Below are positions 1-13,297 of a stretch of DNA of 64,000 nt, one piece after another. The DNA is from Pristiophorus japonicus (taxonomy: Eukaryota), in contig NC_091995.1 in the NCBI RefSeq assembly GCF_044704955.1, positions 15,996,001 to 16,060,000 of the forward strand, given 5' to 3'. The position numbers were made by a program, and so were the translations under genes. Position 1 is the stretch's first letter; every line of letters starts with the position of its first letter. Below the pieces are notes generated by a model, which saw only the letters and a program-made list of their open reading frames with translations, was not told the DNA's origin and ran no database searches.

Positions 1-420
1 TGTCACCTTCATCTTCTCAAGGGCATCCTGATACAAACGCACATATCAAATTTCTCTGGCAGCCTGACTTTCTCTTCCTTCAGCGCCAACGTTTGGTGCC
101 AACTGCACCACACTCCATATCAAACGCTTCCCTAATCTTGTCTTCAGTCAATATCTTCCTCATTTAATTAAATGTAATATTTTCCATTCAAAATACCAGC
201 TTTGACCTCCTTTGCACATTTGTCATCGTCATTCATTATAATTTCCAAATATTTACATCGTCTCTCACCTGATCCAGCAATTCCTACTTTATTACAAAGC
301 TCACACTTTTACCTGCATTCCTAGAAACCTTCAAAACTTTGGTCTTACACACACTTATCTTCGTCCATCATCCATTTAATAGCATTGAAGCCACCAAAAA
401 CTTCAGACAATTTCACTTTA
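1..420 (-). mobile_element. Old RTE-clade LINE RT remnant
   Basis: Minus-strand pieces CKYLEIIMNDDDKCAKEVKAGI and KRLIWSVV...EKFDM match the RTE RT C-terminal FKYLG...C.KE...RI and WSV.LYG.ETW motifs. Confidence 0.6.
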
Positions 421-2004
421 AAAGAGATTCTTGGGACGCGGGTGTTGCTGGCAACACTGAAATTCATTATCCATCTGTGGTTGCCCTGAGAATGTGAAGG
501 GCCTTCTTGTAGCAGTTGGATACAATTGAGTGGCTTGGTAGGCCACTTGAGGGGGTCGCGATGAACATGGCCAATAAATGTCGGCCTTGCCAGCGAAGTG
601 GGACTAGCTGATGTGCTCATGCAAGAGAGCCGGCTCGGGCTCGATGCGCTGAATTGCATCCATCAGTTTTCTATTTTCTACGAATGTTAAAAGTGAACTA
701 CATACTCTCTAGCGCATGATATTAAGTAAAATATGATTGCAACAGATGCTGCTAATTGTAAGTCTAGACTACTTTTATACTTCAAGCATTAACATTTCAT
801 GGGCACACACCATGCTGCGTACTTTCAAAGACCTTGGTATCTATTTTGATGCAGAACACGAACACTGTATAATTCCATAGTAATCCTCATGCTTAGTACT
901 ACACAACAATGCAGCTTGATTAGGATTAGGTAGTTTAATATGAACCAGCTCATTCCTTTTAGCTTAGTTCTAAGAAAACTGGAACTGATGAGAATATTAC
1001 TTGGGTTATTGCTCTGTAGCAGGTGCTTAAATGCTTCCAACTATCATTCTACTCTTGCGTGCCTGGAGTTTAGAATGTTTATACTTGGAATTTTTCACCC
1101 TATTGTTACATTGATCAATTTCACTTTGCTAGTAGCACTTTATATTTTTTTTTTAGCAAACTTCTAAACCTTCATTTCAAATCAATCGAAAATGAAAACA
1201 AAACACTTCCGTTAATTGTGACGTACTATTAATCATCTCCTGGACACGCAGAACCTACTTCTGATGCAGTGCCATAGATGTAGAAAAAAAACAGGAATGT
1301 ATAGAAGTGAAAACAAGATGCCATCATTGATTAACTGCTTACAAGGAAGAAAGACAAAATCTTAAAGTAAGTCATGAAATATTGACAGAGGCCTATTTTT
1401 CTACATAATTTGTTGGGTCTTAAGACCAAACGCGAGCTGAACAGGTGTGTACACGGGGTGAGTTTCACATTCCAAAAGATTCCGTAGTGACGTGCATAAA
1501 CTTCCCTTTTAGCTATTTTCACTTGCATCAAATATATCTAAGGATATAGATGCATGGATGAAATTTTTAAAAAGAAATGGGCACTACGATTTTAAATATC
1601 TGCCCTCGACAAAGAGGCAAACATTCAGAACATATCACTTACCGTTTAGTGCTCGCTATGCTCAGAATATTTTGTAGCACTTCCCTTCGTCTGGGATTAC
1701 TTACATTTGGAGGAGATTTCTGTCAACAGGCGAACTTGTGAACCAATCAGGATAAGCCAGGTCAAATCGAATGCGTTAGAAAGCGGATCTTGTAGCACTA
1801 ACGGGAAATAATCATCAAATCATGCTGACTATTTCGAAAGAGCTCCATGTAGAAATTCAAAAGTTCGAAATGACCACTGTATTGTGAAATGTTGGTCTGC
1901 TTCGGACGAGCAGTGTGCAAATTACTCGGCTGTTAATGTTAACCCAATAGGGTGATCCATGGCTAGCCATTGCCCACGGTTGGGAGAAAGTAGTTCATAC
2001 ATCA

Positions 2005-2310
2005 TAGAATCATAGAATGGCTATAGCACGGAAACGCCGATTTAAGGTGATTGGCAGAATATCTAAAGGCGATATGAGGAAGAACATTTTTATGCAGCAA
2101 GCGGCCAGGATCTGCAAAGCAGTACCTGAGCGGGTAGATTCAATTGTGGGTTTCAAAAGGGAATTAGAAACGTATATGAAGGCAAAATAAATTGCAGGGC
2201 TACAGGGAAGGCCTGGGGAGTGGAACTAGCTGAAGTGCTCTTGCAGAGAGCCAGCACGGACTTGACGGGCCGAATGGACACCTTCTGTGCTGTAACGATT
2301 CTATGATTCT
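2005..2310 (+). mobile_element. CR1 LINE 3' fragment
   Basis: CR1 3' UTR (gggccgaatgg...ctgtgctgtaa) and ttctatgattct tail. Confidence 0.75.
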
Positions 2311-2514
2311 ACCACCCAGGGCCACACATGTCTATTTTCCAAAAGGAGACATTTGATCTTGATCAGGAGCAGGTACCCTAGCTGACTTTTCTTATAGCTC
2401 AGAGACATGGACGCCAACTGTAGAGAACTAAATCTTGTTCTTTTCTGCACATACCGCAACTGGTCAGAAAGGATTCAACACTTGTTCATAAGAGACACAT
2501 ATAGATTGTGTAAA

Positions 2515-3460
2515 GTTGGGGTCCCAGCAATTATCCCTGCGGCACCCCACTAGTTACTGATTGCCAACCCGAGAATGAACCATTTATCCCGACTCTGTTT
2601 TCTGTTAGTTAGCCAATCCTCTCTCCATGCTATTATATTATCCCCAACCCCGTTAAGTTTTATCTTGTGCAGTAATCTTATGTGGCACCTTATCAAATGC
2701 CTTCTGGAAGTCCAAATACACCACATCCACTGGTTTCCCTTTATCCACCCTGTTCGTTACATCCTCAAAGAATTCCAGCAAATTTGTCAAACATGACTTC
2801 CCCTTGATAAATCCATGCTGACTCAGCCTGACAGAATTCTAGTTTTCAAAATGTCCTGCTACTGCTTCTTTAATAATGAACTCCAACATTTTCCCAACCA
2901 CAGATGTCAGGCTAAATGGTCTAAACTTCCCTGCTTTTTGTCAGCCTCCTTTTTTAAATAGGTGCGTTACATTTGCATTTTCCAATCTGCTGAGACCTCC
3001 CCAGAATCCAGGGAATTTTGGTAGATTACAAAAAATTCATCCACTAACCCTGCCGCTACTTCTCTTACGACATTAGGATGCAAGCAATCATGTCCAGGGG
3101 CTTCATCCGCCTTTAGTCCCATTATCTTATTGAGTACAGCCTCCTTAGAGATGACGATTGTGTTACCTTCCTCTGCCCGCTATAGCCCCTTGACTATCCA
3201 CTGTTGGGATATGCTTAGTGTCCTCTACCGTAAAGACTGATGCAAAATATTTGTTCAGCATTTATGCCATCTCCCTGTTCGCCATCATTAATTCCCCGGT
3301 CTCGGTCTCTAAGAGACCAACATTTATTGTAGCCACTCTTTTGCTTTTTATATACCTGTAGAACCTCTTGCTATCTGTTTTTATATTTTGTGCTAGTTTA
3401 CTTTCATAATCTATCTTCCCTTTTTTAATCATTTTTTTAGTCATTCTTTGGCTGGCTTTT
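2515..3460 (-). mobile_element. CR1 LINE ORF2 (RT) fragment, inverted
   Basis: [34 protein letters not shown], plus QHGF and [13 protein letters not shown] motifs on the minus strand. Confidence 0.88.
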
Positions 3461-4385
3461 AAAAACAATGGCATACAAAGTGGCCAAAGCTTGTGAGAGG
3501 ACAGAAGATTGAGATAAAGGATATAGACATGCTAAGTGAGTGGGCACAAATTTGACAGATGCAGTATCATGTTGGAAAGTGTGAGGTTATGCATTTCGGC
3601 AGAAAAAAAAATCGAACAGCAAGTTATTATTTAAATGGAGAAAATTGCAAAGTGCTGCAGTACAGCGGGACCTGGGGTTATTGGAGCATGAAAAAGAAAA
3701 GGTTAGTATGCAGCTACAGCAATTGATGAGGAAGACCAATGGAATCTTGGCCTTTATTGCAAAAAGGATGGAGTATAAAAGCAGAGCAGTCTTGCTACAG
3801 TTATACATGGTATTGTTGAAGCCACACCTAGAATACTGTGTACAATTTTGGATTCCTTATTTAAGAAAGGATATACTTGCTTTCGAGGCAGTTCAGAGTA
3901 GGCTCACTAGCTTGATTCCGGAGATGAGGGGGTTGACTTATGAGGAAAGGTTGAGTAGTTTGGGCCTCTACTCATTGGAATTCAGATGAATGAGAGGTGA
4001 TTTTATCGAAACGTATAAGATTATGAGCGGGCTTGACGAGGTGGATGCAGAGAGAATGTTTCCACCGATAGGGGAGATTTGAACGAGAGGGCATGATCTT
4101 AGAATAAGGGGCCGCACATTTAAAACTGAGATTAGGAGGAATTTCTTTTCTCAGAGGGCTGTAAATCTGTGCAATTCGCTGCCTTAGAGCTATGGAACTT
4201 GTGTCATTGAACAAAATTTGAGAGAGATAGACAGTTTCGTAACCGATAAGGGAATAAGGGATTATGGGGAGTGGATGGGAAGTGGACCTGAGTACATGAT
4301 CGGATCAGTCATGATCGTGTTAAATGGCGGAGTAGGCTCAACGGGCCGTAGTGCCTACTCCTGCTCTTATTTCTAATGTTCTAAC
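3461..4385 (+). mobile_element. CR1 LINE 3' part
   Basis: ORF ...[20 protein letters not shown]...[18 protein letters not shown] followed by a CR1 3' UTR. Confidence 0.9.
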
Positions 4386-4479
4386 AAGTATTGGGAGTGA
4401 TGACCGGTAATGGCGTGAGACCTGCAGAAACATGTCAGTAACAGTGTATCAGGAAACAGATGATATGAAAACAAAAAAA

Positions 4480-4680
4480 GGAAAGACGACATTTATATAG
4501 CGCCTTTCACATCCCAGAGACGTCTCAAAGTGTTTTCCAACTAATGAAGTACTTTTGGGGCGTCGTCACTGTTGTAATGTGGGAAACGCGGCAGCTAATT
4601 TGCGCACAGCAAGCTCCCATAATCGGCAATGTGATAATGAACAGGTAATCTGTTTCTGCTAAGTTTATTGAGGAGTTTTA
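4480..4680 (-). mobile_element. SacSINE1/DeuSINE-like SINE 3' fragment
   Basis: Reverse complement of the gggagcttgctgtgcgcaaatt...aaaggcgctatataaat tail seen at 60885-61340. Confidence 0.7.
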
Positions 4681-6149
4681 GGCGCTACAGAGGCAAAGTG
4701 GTGGCCAATGTGGGGACTTGAGCTGAAACGCCGGTTTAGCCCATGTTTAGCGCACAACGCCATCTTGGCAAAGGAGTTGAAGCCAGCGCTACGAGCTTTA
4801 AACAGCTGAATGCCACTTAACTTGCCTGCTGAACCCTCAATAAAGAAGCTGCACGGCATTTTATTGACGCTTCAATTGGCGCCCTCTCCTAACAACGACC
4901 AGCTGCTTTGGACTCAACACATTGTTGATGTTGATTTCAAGCGCTACTTAAAGGGATCCTCACCACTTAAAGGGATACTTACCAATTCGTGGTCATTGCT
5001 GCTGGAGCTGTGAAGATGACATCTGAAGCACATTGGGAGACTTTTTTGGACACTTACCAACACTCGAACAACAATGTCTGCAGTGGAACTGAATATCCAA
5101 CATCGACCATTTTGCGCCACCTTCCGAGGCATTTCTACTCCTTTAACTTTTTTTTCCTGAGCGAGAAATAGGTAATAGCGGATGACATCACTGGAAAACA
5201 AATAGAGCGAGATATAAACATGGACGGCCGATAGACTCTCATCCGATTTTGGCTGGGGAAGAAAAGCTAAAATTAACTCAGCTTTGTGGATGTGCTACTG
5301 TCGGGAACCGGTCTGGTTTTTATTTCCTGTCACTTCGTCAGAAATTTAAAATTAGGAGCTTTTTACGAAGGGGAAACAGTCCTCAATGCCGGTTAATATC
5401 AGGACTAGGGGACAATTGTAATAGAAACACAAAATGGTGCAAATACTAATCATGTCAGGCAGCATCTATCGAGAGAGAAACAGAGTTAACATATCAGCTC
5501 AATGGCCCTTCATCGGTACAGGAAACTACTAGTTATCCAAAACCCGGCATCCCGCATCCTAACTCGCAACACGTCCCACTCACCCAGCGCCACAGTGCTC
5601 ACTGGCCTACATTAACTGCCGATTAAGCAACGTCTCGATTTCAAAAGTCTCATCCTTATTTTGAAATCGCTCCATCGCCCACCCTCTCTCTGTAATTTAT
5701 TTCAGCCCCACAACCCCCTTGGGATGTTTCACTATATTAAATGTGCTATGTAAATAAAAGTTGTTGTTTTTTAAAGTCAATGGAAAGGATAATTGGGTGA
5801 TCTGTATAATATCCGGTCAATCTAATAGCAGGACATGTGTGACACAAATTCGCTTTCCAGTCTGCCTTATGTAGACTTTCAGTGGGGAAGCTACAATTTG
5901 CTTACTGCCCCTGGTTAAGGATGGGGAATGTCAGCTATCAGTCCCATTCCCAATTACATTGAATGACCACTGGACGTCCACATGTGACTATTGGGCGAGA
6001 GCAAAGTAGGGCTTGGTTGTGAAGCCCTTCCCAATTTCACCCATCGCCTAAACTCATAAAGGAAAATGGCTGAGGTCCAGCAAAGGTGGTTTCTCTCGAG
6101 GGAAGCATACCCCACCTTCACTCAGCAGCTTAAATGAGTGGAGACTGGT

Positions 6150-6500
6150 TGAGTGCAAGCAGGGAGGTTATGCTTCAACTGTATAAGACATTAGTTAGAC
6201 CACAGCTATAGTACTGCCTCCAATTCTGGTCATCACACTACAGGAAAGAAGTGATTGTACCAGAGACGATACAGAGGAGAATTATGAGGATGTTGCCTGG
6301 GCTGGAAATATTTAGCTATAAGCAAAGATTAGATCGGCTGGGGCTTTTTACTTTGGAACAGTAGAGGTTGGGGTGAGCTTTAATTGTGACATGTAAAATT
6401 ATGAGGGGCCTAGTGGATCGGAAGTACATATTCCCATTAGAACAGAGGTCAGGGTGTGCAGATTAAATATAATTGATAGACAGGTTAGAGGGGAGTTGAG
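6150..6500 (+). mobile_element. Degenerate CR1 fragment
   Basis: MLQLYKTLVRPQL.YC.QFWS-like coding remnant. Confidence 0.7.
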
Positions 6501-6804
6501 GTTCTTCGTCCAATTTTACAGTCAACTTTAAATATTGAGCTCTTCCATTTGATGGGCACATTATTGATATAAACAACTCCGACCGCCTATTACCAAATAT
6601 TCCTGTTTCAAGTTATGCTAATTTATATCTTTCAACTGTTTCATAGAAAATAGGTGCAGGAGTAGGCCATTCGGCCCTTCGAGCCTGCACCGTTTTGTAT
6701 ATGTAACAGACTTTCCATCCAGATCATACTATCACATAATATCCTTTCTAATCTCACCCATTATTCTTTGCTGCAGATTCTTGTCAAAACTTCTATATAT
6801 AACA

Positions 6805-7310
6805 GTCTGGTGAAAGAATGCTCTCCACTTCCCTAGATGAGTGCAGCTCCAACAACAAGCAAGAAGCTCGATCCAGGGCAGAGCAACCCGCTTGAATGTT
6901 TAAAATGGTGCACCCCGTGCACCATTTTAAACATTCATGCCCCCACACCACCGTTGCGGGGTGGCTGCAGTGTGTAATATCTACAATTTGTACTGCAGTA
7001 ATCCAAAAAGTCTTCTTCGGTAGCACCTCCTAAACCCGTAACATTTACCACCTAGAAGGATAAGTGTAGCAGGCGCATGGGAACACCACCACCTGCAAGG
7101 TCCCCTCCAAGTTACAAACCATCCTGATGTGGAAATATATCGTTCCTCCATCATCACTGGGTCACAATCATGAAACTATCTCCCTGTGAGAGTTCCTTCA
7201 CCACATGGACTGCAATGGTTCAAGAAGGCGGCTCACCACCAACTTCTCAAGGGCAATTAGGGATGGGCAATAAATGTTGGCCATGTCAGCGACGTCCACA
7301 TCCTGTGACC
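6805..7310 (+). mobile_element. Non-LTR retrotransposon (CR1/L2 group) 3' end
   Basis: Same family as 53960-54500; tail gggcaattagggatgggcaataaatg...cgacgtccacatcc. Confidence 0.6.
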
Positions 7311-7594
7311 GAAGAAAGCAAATAACATATATCCATTCTGCACCATCATACGAACGTTTTCTGAAAATCTCTTCGACATTGTACAAAAGGAAAGCTATTG
7401 CAGGTATTCTCACCTCTCTGCAATTATAGTTTTCAGTTGTATTAAATTATATCTTTGGTTACTCGTTTTTATTCCATAGTAACTCATTAATAATTTATTT
7501 ATTTCAGCTGTAGCCACAGGTTTTATTTGGCGAGACATTTGCCTGAAACATGTTGAAACAATCAGCATGCTTAATAGTCTCCAAACCAAGCACA

Positions 7595-8090
7595 GGAAAA
7601 TAAATAAAAACAGGCAATGCTGGAAATCTCAGCCGGCCGGCTGTAGAGAGAAACAGATTCAACCTTTCTTGTCTGTGACCCTTCGTCAGAACTGGAAAAG
7701 TTCGAAATGTAACAGATTCTTAATGAAATGCAGGGGCACTGAAAGGGGGAATGGAGGAAAGAACAAAAGGGAAGGTCTATGATAGGGTGGAAGGCAGGTG
7801 TTATTTAAGCGATAAAAGAGATGACGGGCAAAAATGAGATGGTAATCACAGAAGTTAAGAAACAAAAGATGAGTCTAAATGGGGTGTGAATGGCAAATTA
7901 ATCACCAGCTGCCAAGGGAAAAAGAAAAAAAAGTGAGGGAAAATAATATGGGCGGAAGTTAGTGTCTGAAATTGTTGAACATGATGTTAAGTCCAGAAGG
8001 CTGTAAAGTGCTTAAACAGAAGATAAGGTGCTGTTAATCGAGATTGCATTGTGGTTCATTGGAACATTGTTGGAGGATGAGAACGGAGTC
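7595..8090 (-). mobile_element. Penelope-like element 3' end / pLTR
   Basis: Reverse complement of the [16 protein letters not shown] end and the ctgacgaagggtc...ccagcatt terminus seen at 29690-30210. Confidence 0.75.
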
Positions 8091-8479
8091 AAGAAAAGAA
8101 ACTCTAGCATTTAGCTGCCGTTATTTCAGATGTTTCAGCACATCGCAAATAATATCATGTTCAATTGTTGTGTGTGTAACTACTAGTTAAAATCATAGAA
8201 TGTTACTGCACAGAAGGTGGCCATTCAGCCCATCGTACCTGTATCAGCTTTTTTTTAAACATTAATCTATACACAAGTAAAAAAAAATTCACGCTAAATT
8301 AAGCACTGATAACTTGATTATGGATCAATGTTGCTGACTTACCTGGAGTTCAGTAGGAAGTATATTACCCCCAGCAGCAGTTCCATCGCTCCACATCCCA
8401 ATGATGAACCGGACTCTATTGCTTGTTATGAAGCCAGCCATTGTGTACTTGTAAAAAATATTCAACTGGCGGAGGACTA

Positions 8480-9012
8480 ATTCAAGTGAGCTGGAAATAG
8501 ATCTGCACCACCTGGATTGGAATCTACGATATCAGGTAAAAGAGTAAATGAGTAAATGACCTTCAAAGAGGGGCTGTTACGGGTACTGACTAAACACACT
8601 CCTACGAGAAGGAAAGGAAAGGCTTCCAAAGCTAGGGCTCCCTGGATGACGGGACTGGACAGGTTAGATGCAGGAAGAATGTTGCCGATGTTGGGGAAGT
8701 CCAGAACCAGGGGACACAGTCTAAGGATAAGGGGTAAGCCATTTAGGACCGAGATGAGGATAAACTTCTTCACTCAGAGTTGTTATGCTGTGGAATCCTC
8801 TACCGCAGAGAGTTGTTGATGCCAGTTCGTTGGGTATAGTCAAGAGGGAGTTGGATATGGCCCTTACAGCTAAAGGGATCAAGGGGTATGGAGAGAAAGC
8901 AGGAAAGGGGTACTGAGGTGATGATCAGCCATGATCTTATTGAATGGTGGTGCAGGCTTGAAGGGCTGAATGGCCTGCTCCTGCACCTATTTTCTATGTT
9001 TCTATGTTTCTA
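8480..9012 (+). mobile_element. CR1 fragments with (TTTCTATG)n tail
   Basis: [31 protein letters not shown]; tail tttctatgtttctatg. Confidence 0.85.
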
Positions 9013-12000
9013 TGACTAAAGATGTAAAGTAAAATGAAACAGAAAACGGAGGTTTATGATAAATGTCGGGTTCATAATTAAGTAGAGAACCAAGCTGAAT
9101 ATAAATAGTATCGGGGAGAACTGAAAAAGAAAGTACGAGGGGCAAATAGAACGTATGAGAATAGAAGGTAACATAAGAGGAAACCAAAATTATTTTAAAC
9201 ACATACAAATAAGTAATCAAAGGAAGGGTGAAGCCGATTAGGGAACTAAAAGGGAATCATCTTGTAGAGAGAGAGGACATGGCTGAGGTTCTAACGAGTA
9301 CTTTGTATTTGCCTTCACTAAAGAAGGGGATGCTGTCACAGAAAAGAGAGAAGTAATAGAGAAATCTGACAGGATAACAATAAATAAAGAGCTATTAAAA
9401 GATTGGCAATGTACAAAGTAGAAATGTTACTGGATGCAGATGGAATGCATCCAAGGTTACTGAAGGAAGTAAGGGTGGAAATTACGAGGCAGAGGCCACA
9501 ATCTTCCAATCCTGCTTAGATATGTGACTGGTGCCAAGGAATAGAGGATTGAACATGTTACAACCTTGTTTAAAAAGAGAGAGAGGGTTAAGCACGGCAA
9601 TTATAGGCCAATAAGCGTAACATGGGTGGTGGGGAAACATTTGCAGTGATTAATCCAGGACAACATTAATTGGCACTTGGAAAATATGGGATAACAAATG
9701 AAAGCCAGCGCGGATTTGTTAAAGGCAATTCGTGTTTGACTAACTTGATTGAGTTCTTTGATGAAGTAACATAGAGAGTAGATGAGGGTAGTATGGTTGC
9801 TGTTGTGTATATGAACTTTCAAAGGCGTTTACTAAAATACCACACAGGAGATTTGTTAGCCAACTGAAAGTCCTTGGCTTTAATGGAGCAATAGTTGCGT
9901 GGTTGTTTTCCAGACGGGAGGGAAGTATACAGTGGTATTCCCCAGGTGTCGGTGTTGGGAATCCTGCTCTTTTCGATATATACAAATAACCTGAACTTGG
10001 GTATATAGGGCATAATTTCAAACTTTGCAGATGATACGAAACTTGGAAAACTAATAAACAATGAGGAGGACATAGTCAGGTTGGTGAAATGGGCAGACAC
10101 GTGGCAGATGTAATTTGACGCACCGAAGTGTGACGTGATTCTTTTTAAGTTGGAATAGTGACGAGAGACAATATAACTGAAATGGTACAGTGAGACCTGA
10201 GAAGGTAGAAGGACAAGTTGAGAAAAAAGATTAAAAGGCTTAAGGGATCCTTGGCTTTATAAATAGAGGCATAGAGTTCAAAAGCAACGGAGTTATGCAT
10301 AACTTTTTAAGAGATCACTAATTAGGTCCCAGTTGGAGTACTGTGGCAAGTTTTGTGCACCGCACTTTAGGAAGGATGTCAGCATCGTAGAGGATGCAGG
10401 ACAGGTTTACTAGCATAGTACCAGAGACGTTGAAGTAAGGCAGAGAGACAATGCTGGCGCGAATACATGACCTCATCTCTCTCATCTGGAGGGTGAAGAG
10501 CATGCCGGGAACTCTCAGAGATGCAGTGATCGTGACCATCTTTAAAAAAGATGACAAGTCCGATTGTGGCAACTACAGAAGAATCTCCCTGCTATCAGCC
10601 ACTGGGAAAGTTGTCGCTCGCGTCCTCCTCAACCGTCTTCTTCCCGAGGAGCTCCTCGCGGAGTCACAGTGTGGATTTCGTCTTCCACGGAGCACAGCAG
10701 ACATGATTTTCGCAGTGCAACAGCTTCAGGAAAAATGCAGGGAACAGTGCCAGCACTTGCATATGGCCTTCTTTGACCTTATAAAGGCCTTTGACACTGT
10801 CAACCACGAGGGTCTATGGAGCGTCCTCCTCTGTTTTGGATGCGTCCAAAAGTTCGTCAGCATCCTCCGCCTGCTCCACGATGACATGCAGGCCATGATC
10901 ATTACTAGTGGATCCATCACAGACCCAATCCGAGTCCGGACTGGGAGCAAACAGGGCTGCGTCATCGCCCCAACCCTCTTCTCAATCTTTCTCGCTGCTA
11001 TGCTCCACCTCACAGTCAGCAAGCTCCCCGCTGGAGCGGAACTACAGAACCAGTGGGAACCTGTTCAACCTGCGCCGTCTCCAGGCCAGGTCCAAGACCA
11101 CCCCAACCTCTGTCGTCGAGCTACAGTACGCGGATGACGCCTGTGCCTGTGCACATACAGAGGCTGAACTCCAGGACATAGTCGACATAATTACTGAGGC
11201 GTATGAAAGCATGGGCCTTACGCTAAACATCCGTAAGACAAAGGTCCTCCTCACCGCAATGCACTGCCGCCCAGTCATCAATATTCTTGGACACCGTGGA
11301 CCACTTCCCAAATCTCGGGAGCCTGCTATCAACAAGAGCAGGCATCGATAATGAAATCCAACAGTGCCTCCTTTGCGCCAGTGCAGCCTTTGACCGCCTG
11401 AGGAAAGGAGTGTTTCAGGACTAGGCCCTCAAAACTGCCACCAAGCTCATAGTCTACAGGGCTATAGTAATACCCACCCTCCTGTACGGCTCAGAGAGAT
11501 GGGCCACATAGAGCAGACACCTCAATCATTGGAGAAATATCACCAACCATGTCTCCGCAAGATCCTACAAATTCCCTGGGAGGACAGGCGCACCAACATC
11601 AGCGTCCTAGTCCAGGCCAACATCCCCAGCATTGTAGCACTGACCACACTCGATCAGCTCCGCTGGGCAGGCCACATAGTTCGCACGCCAGACACAAGAC
11701 TCCCAAGGCAGGTGCTCCACTCGGAACTCCTTCACAGCAACGAACCAAAGGTGGGCAGAGGAAACGTTACAAGGATACCCTCAAAGCCTCCCTGATAAAC
11801 TGCGACATCCCCACTGACACCTGGGAGTCCCTGGCCCAAGACTGGCCTAAGTGGAGGAAGTGCATCCAAGATGGCGCTGAATAACTCGAGTCTCAACGCC
11901 TAGAGAATACAAAAATCAAGCGCAGGCAGAGGAAAGAGCGTGCGGCAAACTAGTCCCACCCACCCCTTCTCTCAACGACGATCTGTGCCACCTGTGCTCG

Positions 12001-12540
12001 TCTGCGACTTTCGTATTGGACAGTTCAGCCACAAAAGAACTCACTTCAGGAGTCGAAGAAAGTCTTCCTCGATTCAGAGGGACAGGATATGATGAGGATG
12101 ATGATGACTAGGGACGAAAGACCTCAGTTACGTAGAGAGACTAGAGAAATTGTTCTATCTAGAGCAGTGAAGGCTAAGGGACGATGTGATGGATGTGTTC
12201 ACAATCTTGAAGGGTTTTGACAGAGTAAATAAAGATAAGCTGTTTCAAATGTCAGAAGGATTGGTAACCAGAGGACATCGATTTAAGGTATTTGGCAAAA
12301 TATCCGGAGGCGACATGGAACAACATACATAGCGAGTTGTTATGATCTAAAATTCAATGCCTGTAAGGGTGGTGGAAGCAGATTCAATGATAGCTTTCTG
12401 AAGAGAATCGGATAAATAATTGAGCAGGACAAATTTGCAGTTTTGCGGGGAAAGAGCAGAGGATGGGACTAATTGGATAGCTCTTTCAAAGAGCCGTACA
12501 GCCACGATGGTCTGAAAGTCCTGTGCCTGTGCTGTATAAA
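9013..12540 (+). mobile_element. Old CR1 LINE ORF2, split by an RTE insertion
   Basis: Degenerate RT (cagcgcggatttgttaaaggc, tttgcagatgatacgaaa) to 10429, resuming at 12107 and running to the CR1 3' UTR. Confidence 0.8.
10430..12106 (+). mobile_element. RTE-clade (BovB-like) LINE, 5'-truncated
   Basis: ORFs with DCGNYRRISLLS, ESQCGFR, AFFDLIKAFDTVN, KQGCVIAPTLF, LQYADD, LRWAGHIVR; (ATG)n 3' tail; frameshifted. Confidence 0.93.
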
Positions 12541-12590
12541 GGGGATTTACAGCCAGAAACTCACCTAGGCTGAATAGCTCGCAGTAATGA

Positions 12591-12843
12591 AGAGTTGCCA
12601 ACAGGTCCAAGTTTGACCCTGGAGTCTCCAGGAATTAAAGATTAATCTCCAGGATACTGCCACGAGCAACACCCGAGAGAAAAATCACCAGGGGGCATTA
12701 AAAAAAAACATTGTGTGTGTTTTGCCTTCAACACATTTGTTTATGGATTAATAAAATGACCAGAGATGGCGAAGTGTGGGGGCAGGGCGGTCTGATCACG
12801 CGCTGGAACCTCCAGGAATAAGTACTTCCAGAGTTGGTAACCT
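12591..12843. mobile_element. Non-autonomous DNA transposon (hAT-like MITE)
   Basis: Imperfect terminal inverted repeats agagttgccaac / gttggtaacct with internal ctccagga repeats. Confidence 0.5.
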
Positions 12844-13009
12844 CCCCCATCCCCGGGTGTTACTGAAGAAGTTACAGTCAGCCGCAGGAACCTAGGGGAT
12901 GGGCGGGAGGATAGGGGGGCAAGGAAGCGAATGGGGGTTCTGGTGTTGAATGCAACCCAGCGTGGTCCACGTATTTATCCAGTTCCCTTTGGAAAGCCAC
13001 TATTGAATA

Positions 13010-13297
13010 TGCTCGCGTTCCAGATAGAGTACAATGTGTGTGCGCAGTAGGTCCGTGCAGAAGAGCAGGTCTCCAGTCGTCCTGGTTAACTCTTGTCACT
13101 GGATAAAGGCCAAGCTCTGTCAAGCCCGTGTGGTGGCTGCTGTGCAACGGTCAAAAAATCAAGGCACAGCCATCTTCCACCTCTTCAATTGGAGTTCAGG
13201 ACTGAAATATCGGGTCCTCCATTGAAACATCTGTGAACTCATGTGGAAGCAAGTCATCGTCGTTCGAGGGACCACCTATGATGATGATGATGATGAT
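13010..13297 (+). mobile_element. Short non-autonomous RTE-tailed element (SINE-like)
   Basis: 3' end gtggaagcaagtcatcgtcgttcgagggaccacctatgatgatgat matches the RTE tail at 12050-12106; no RT coding. Confidence 0.7.
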
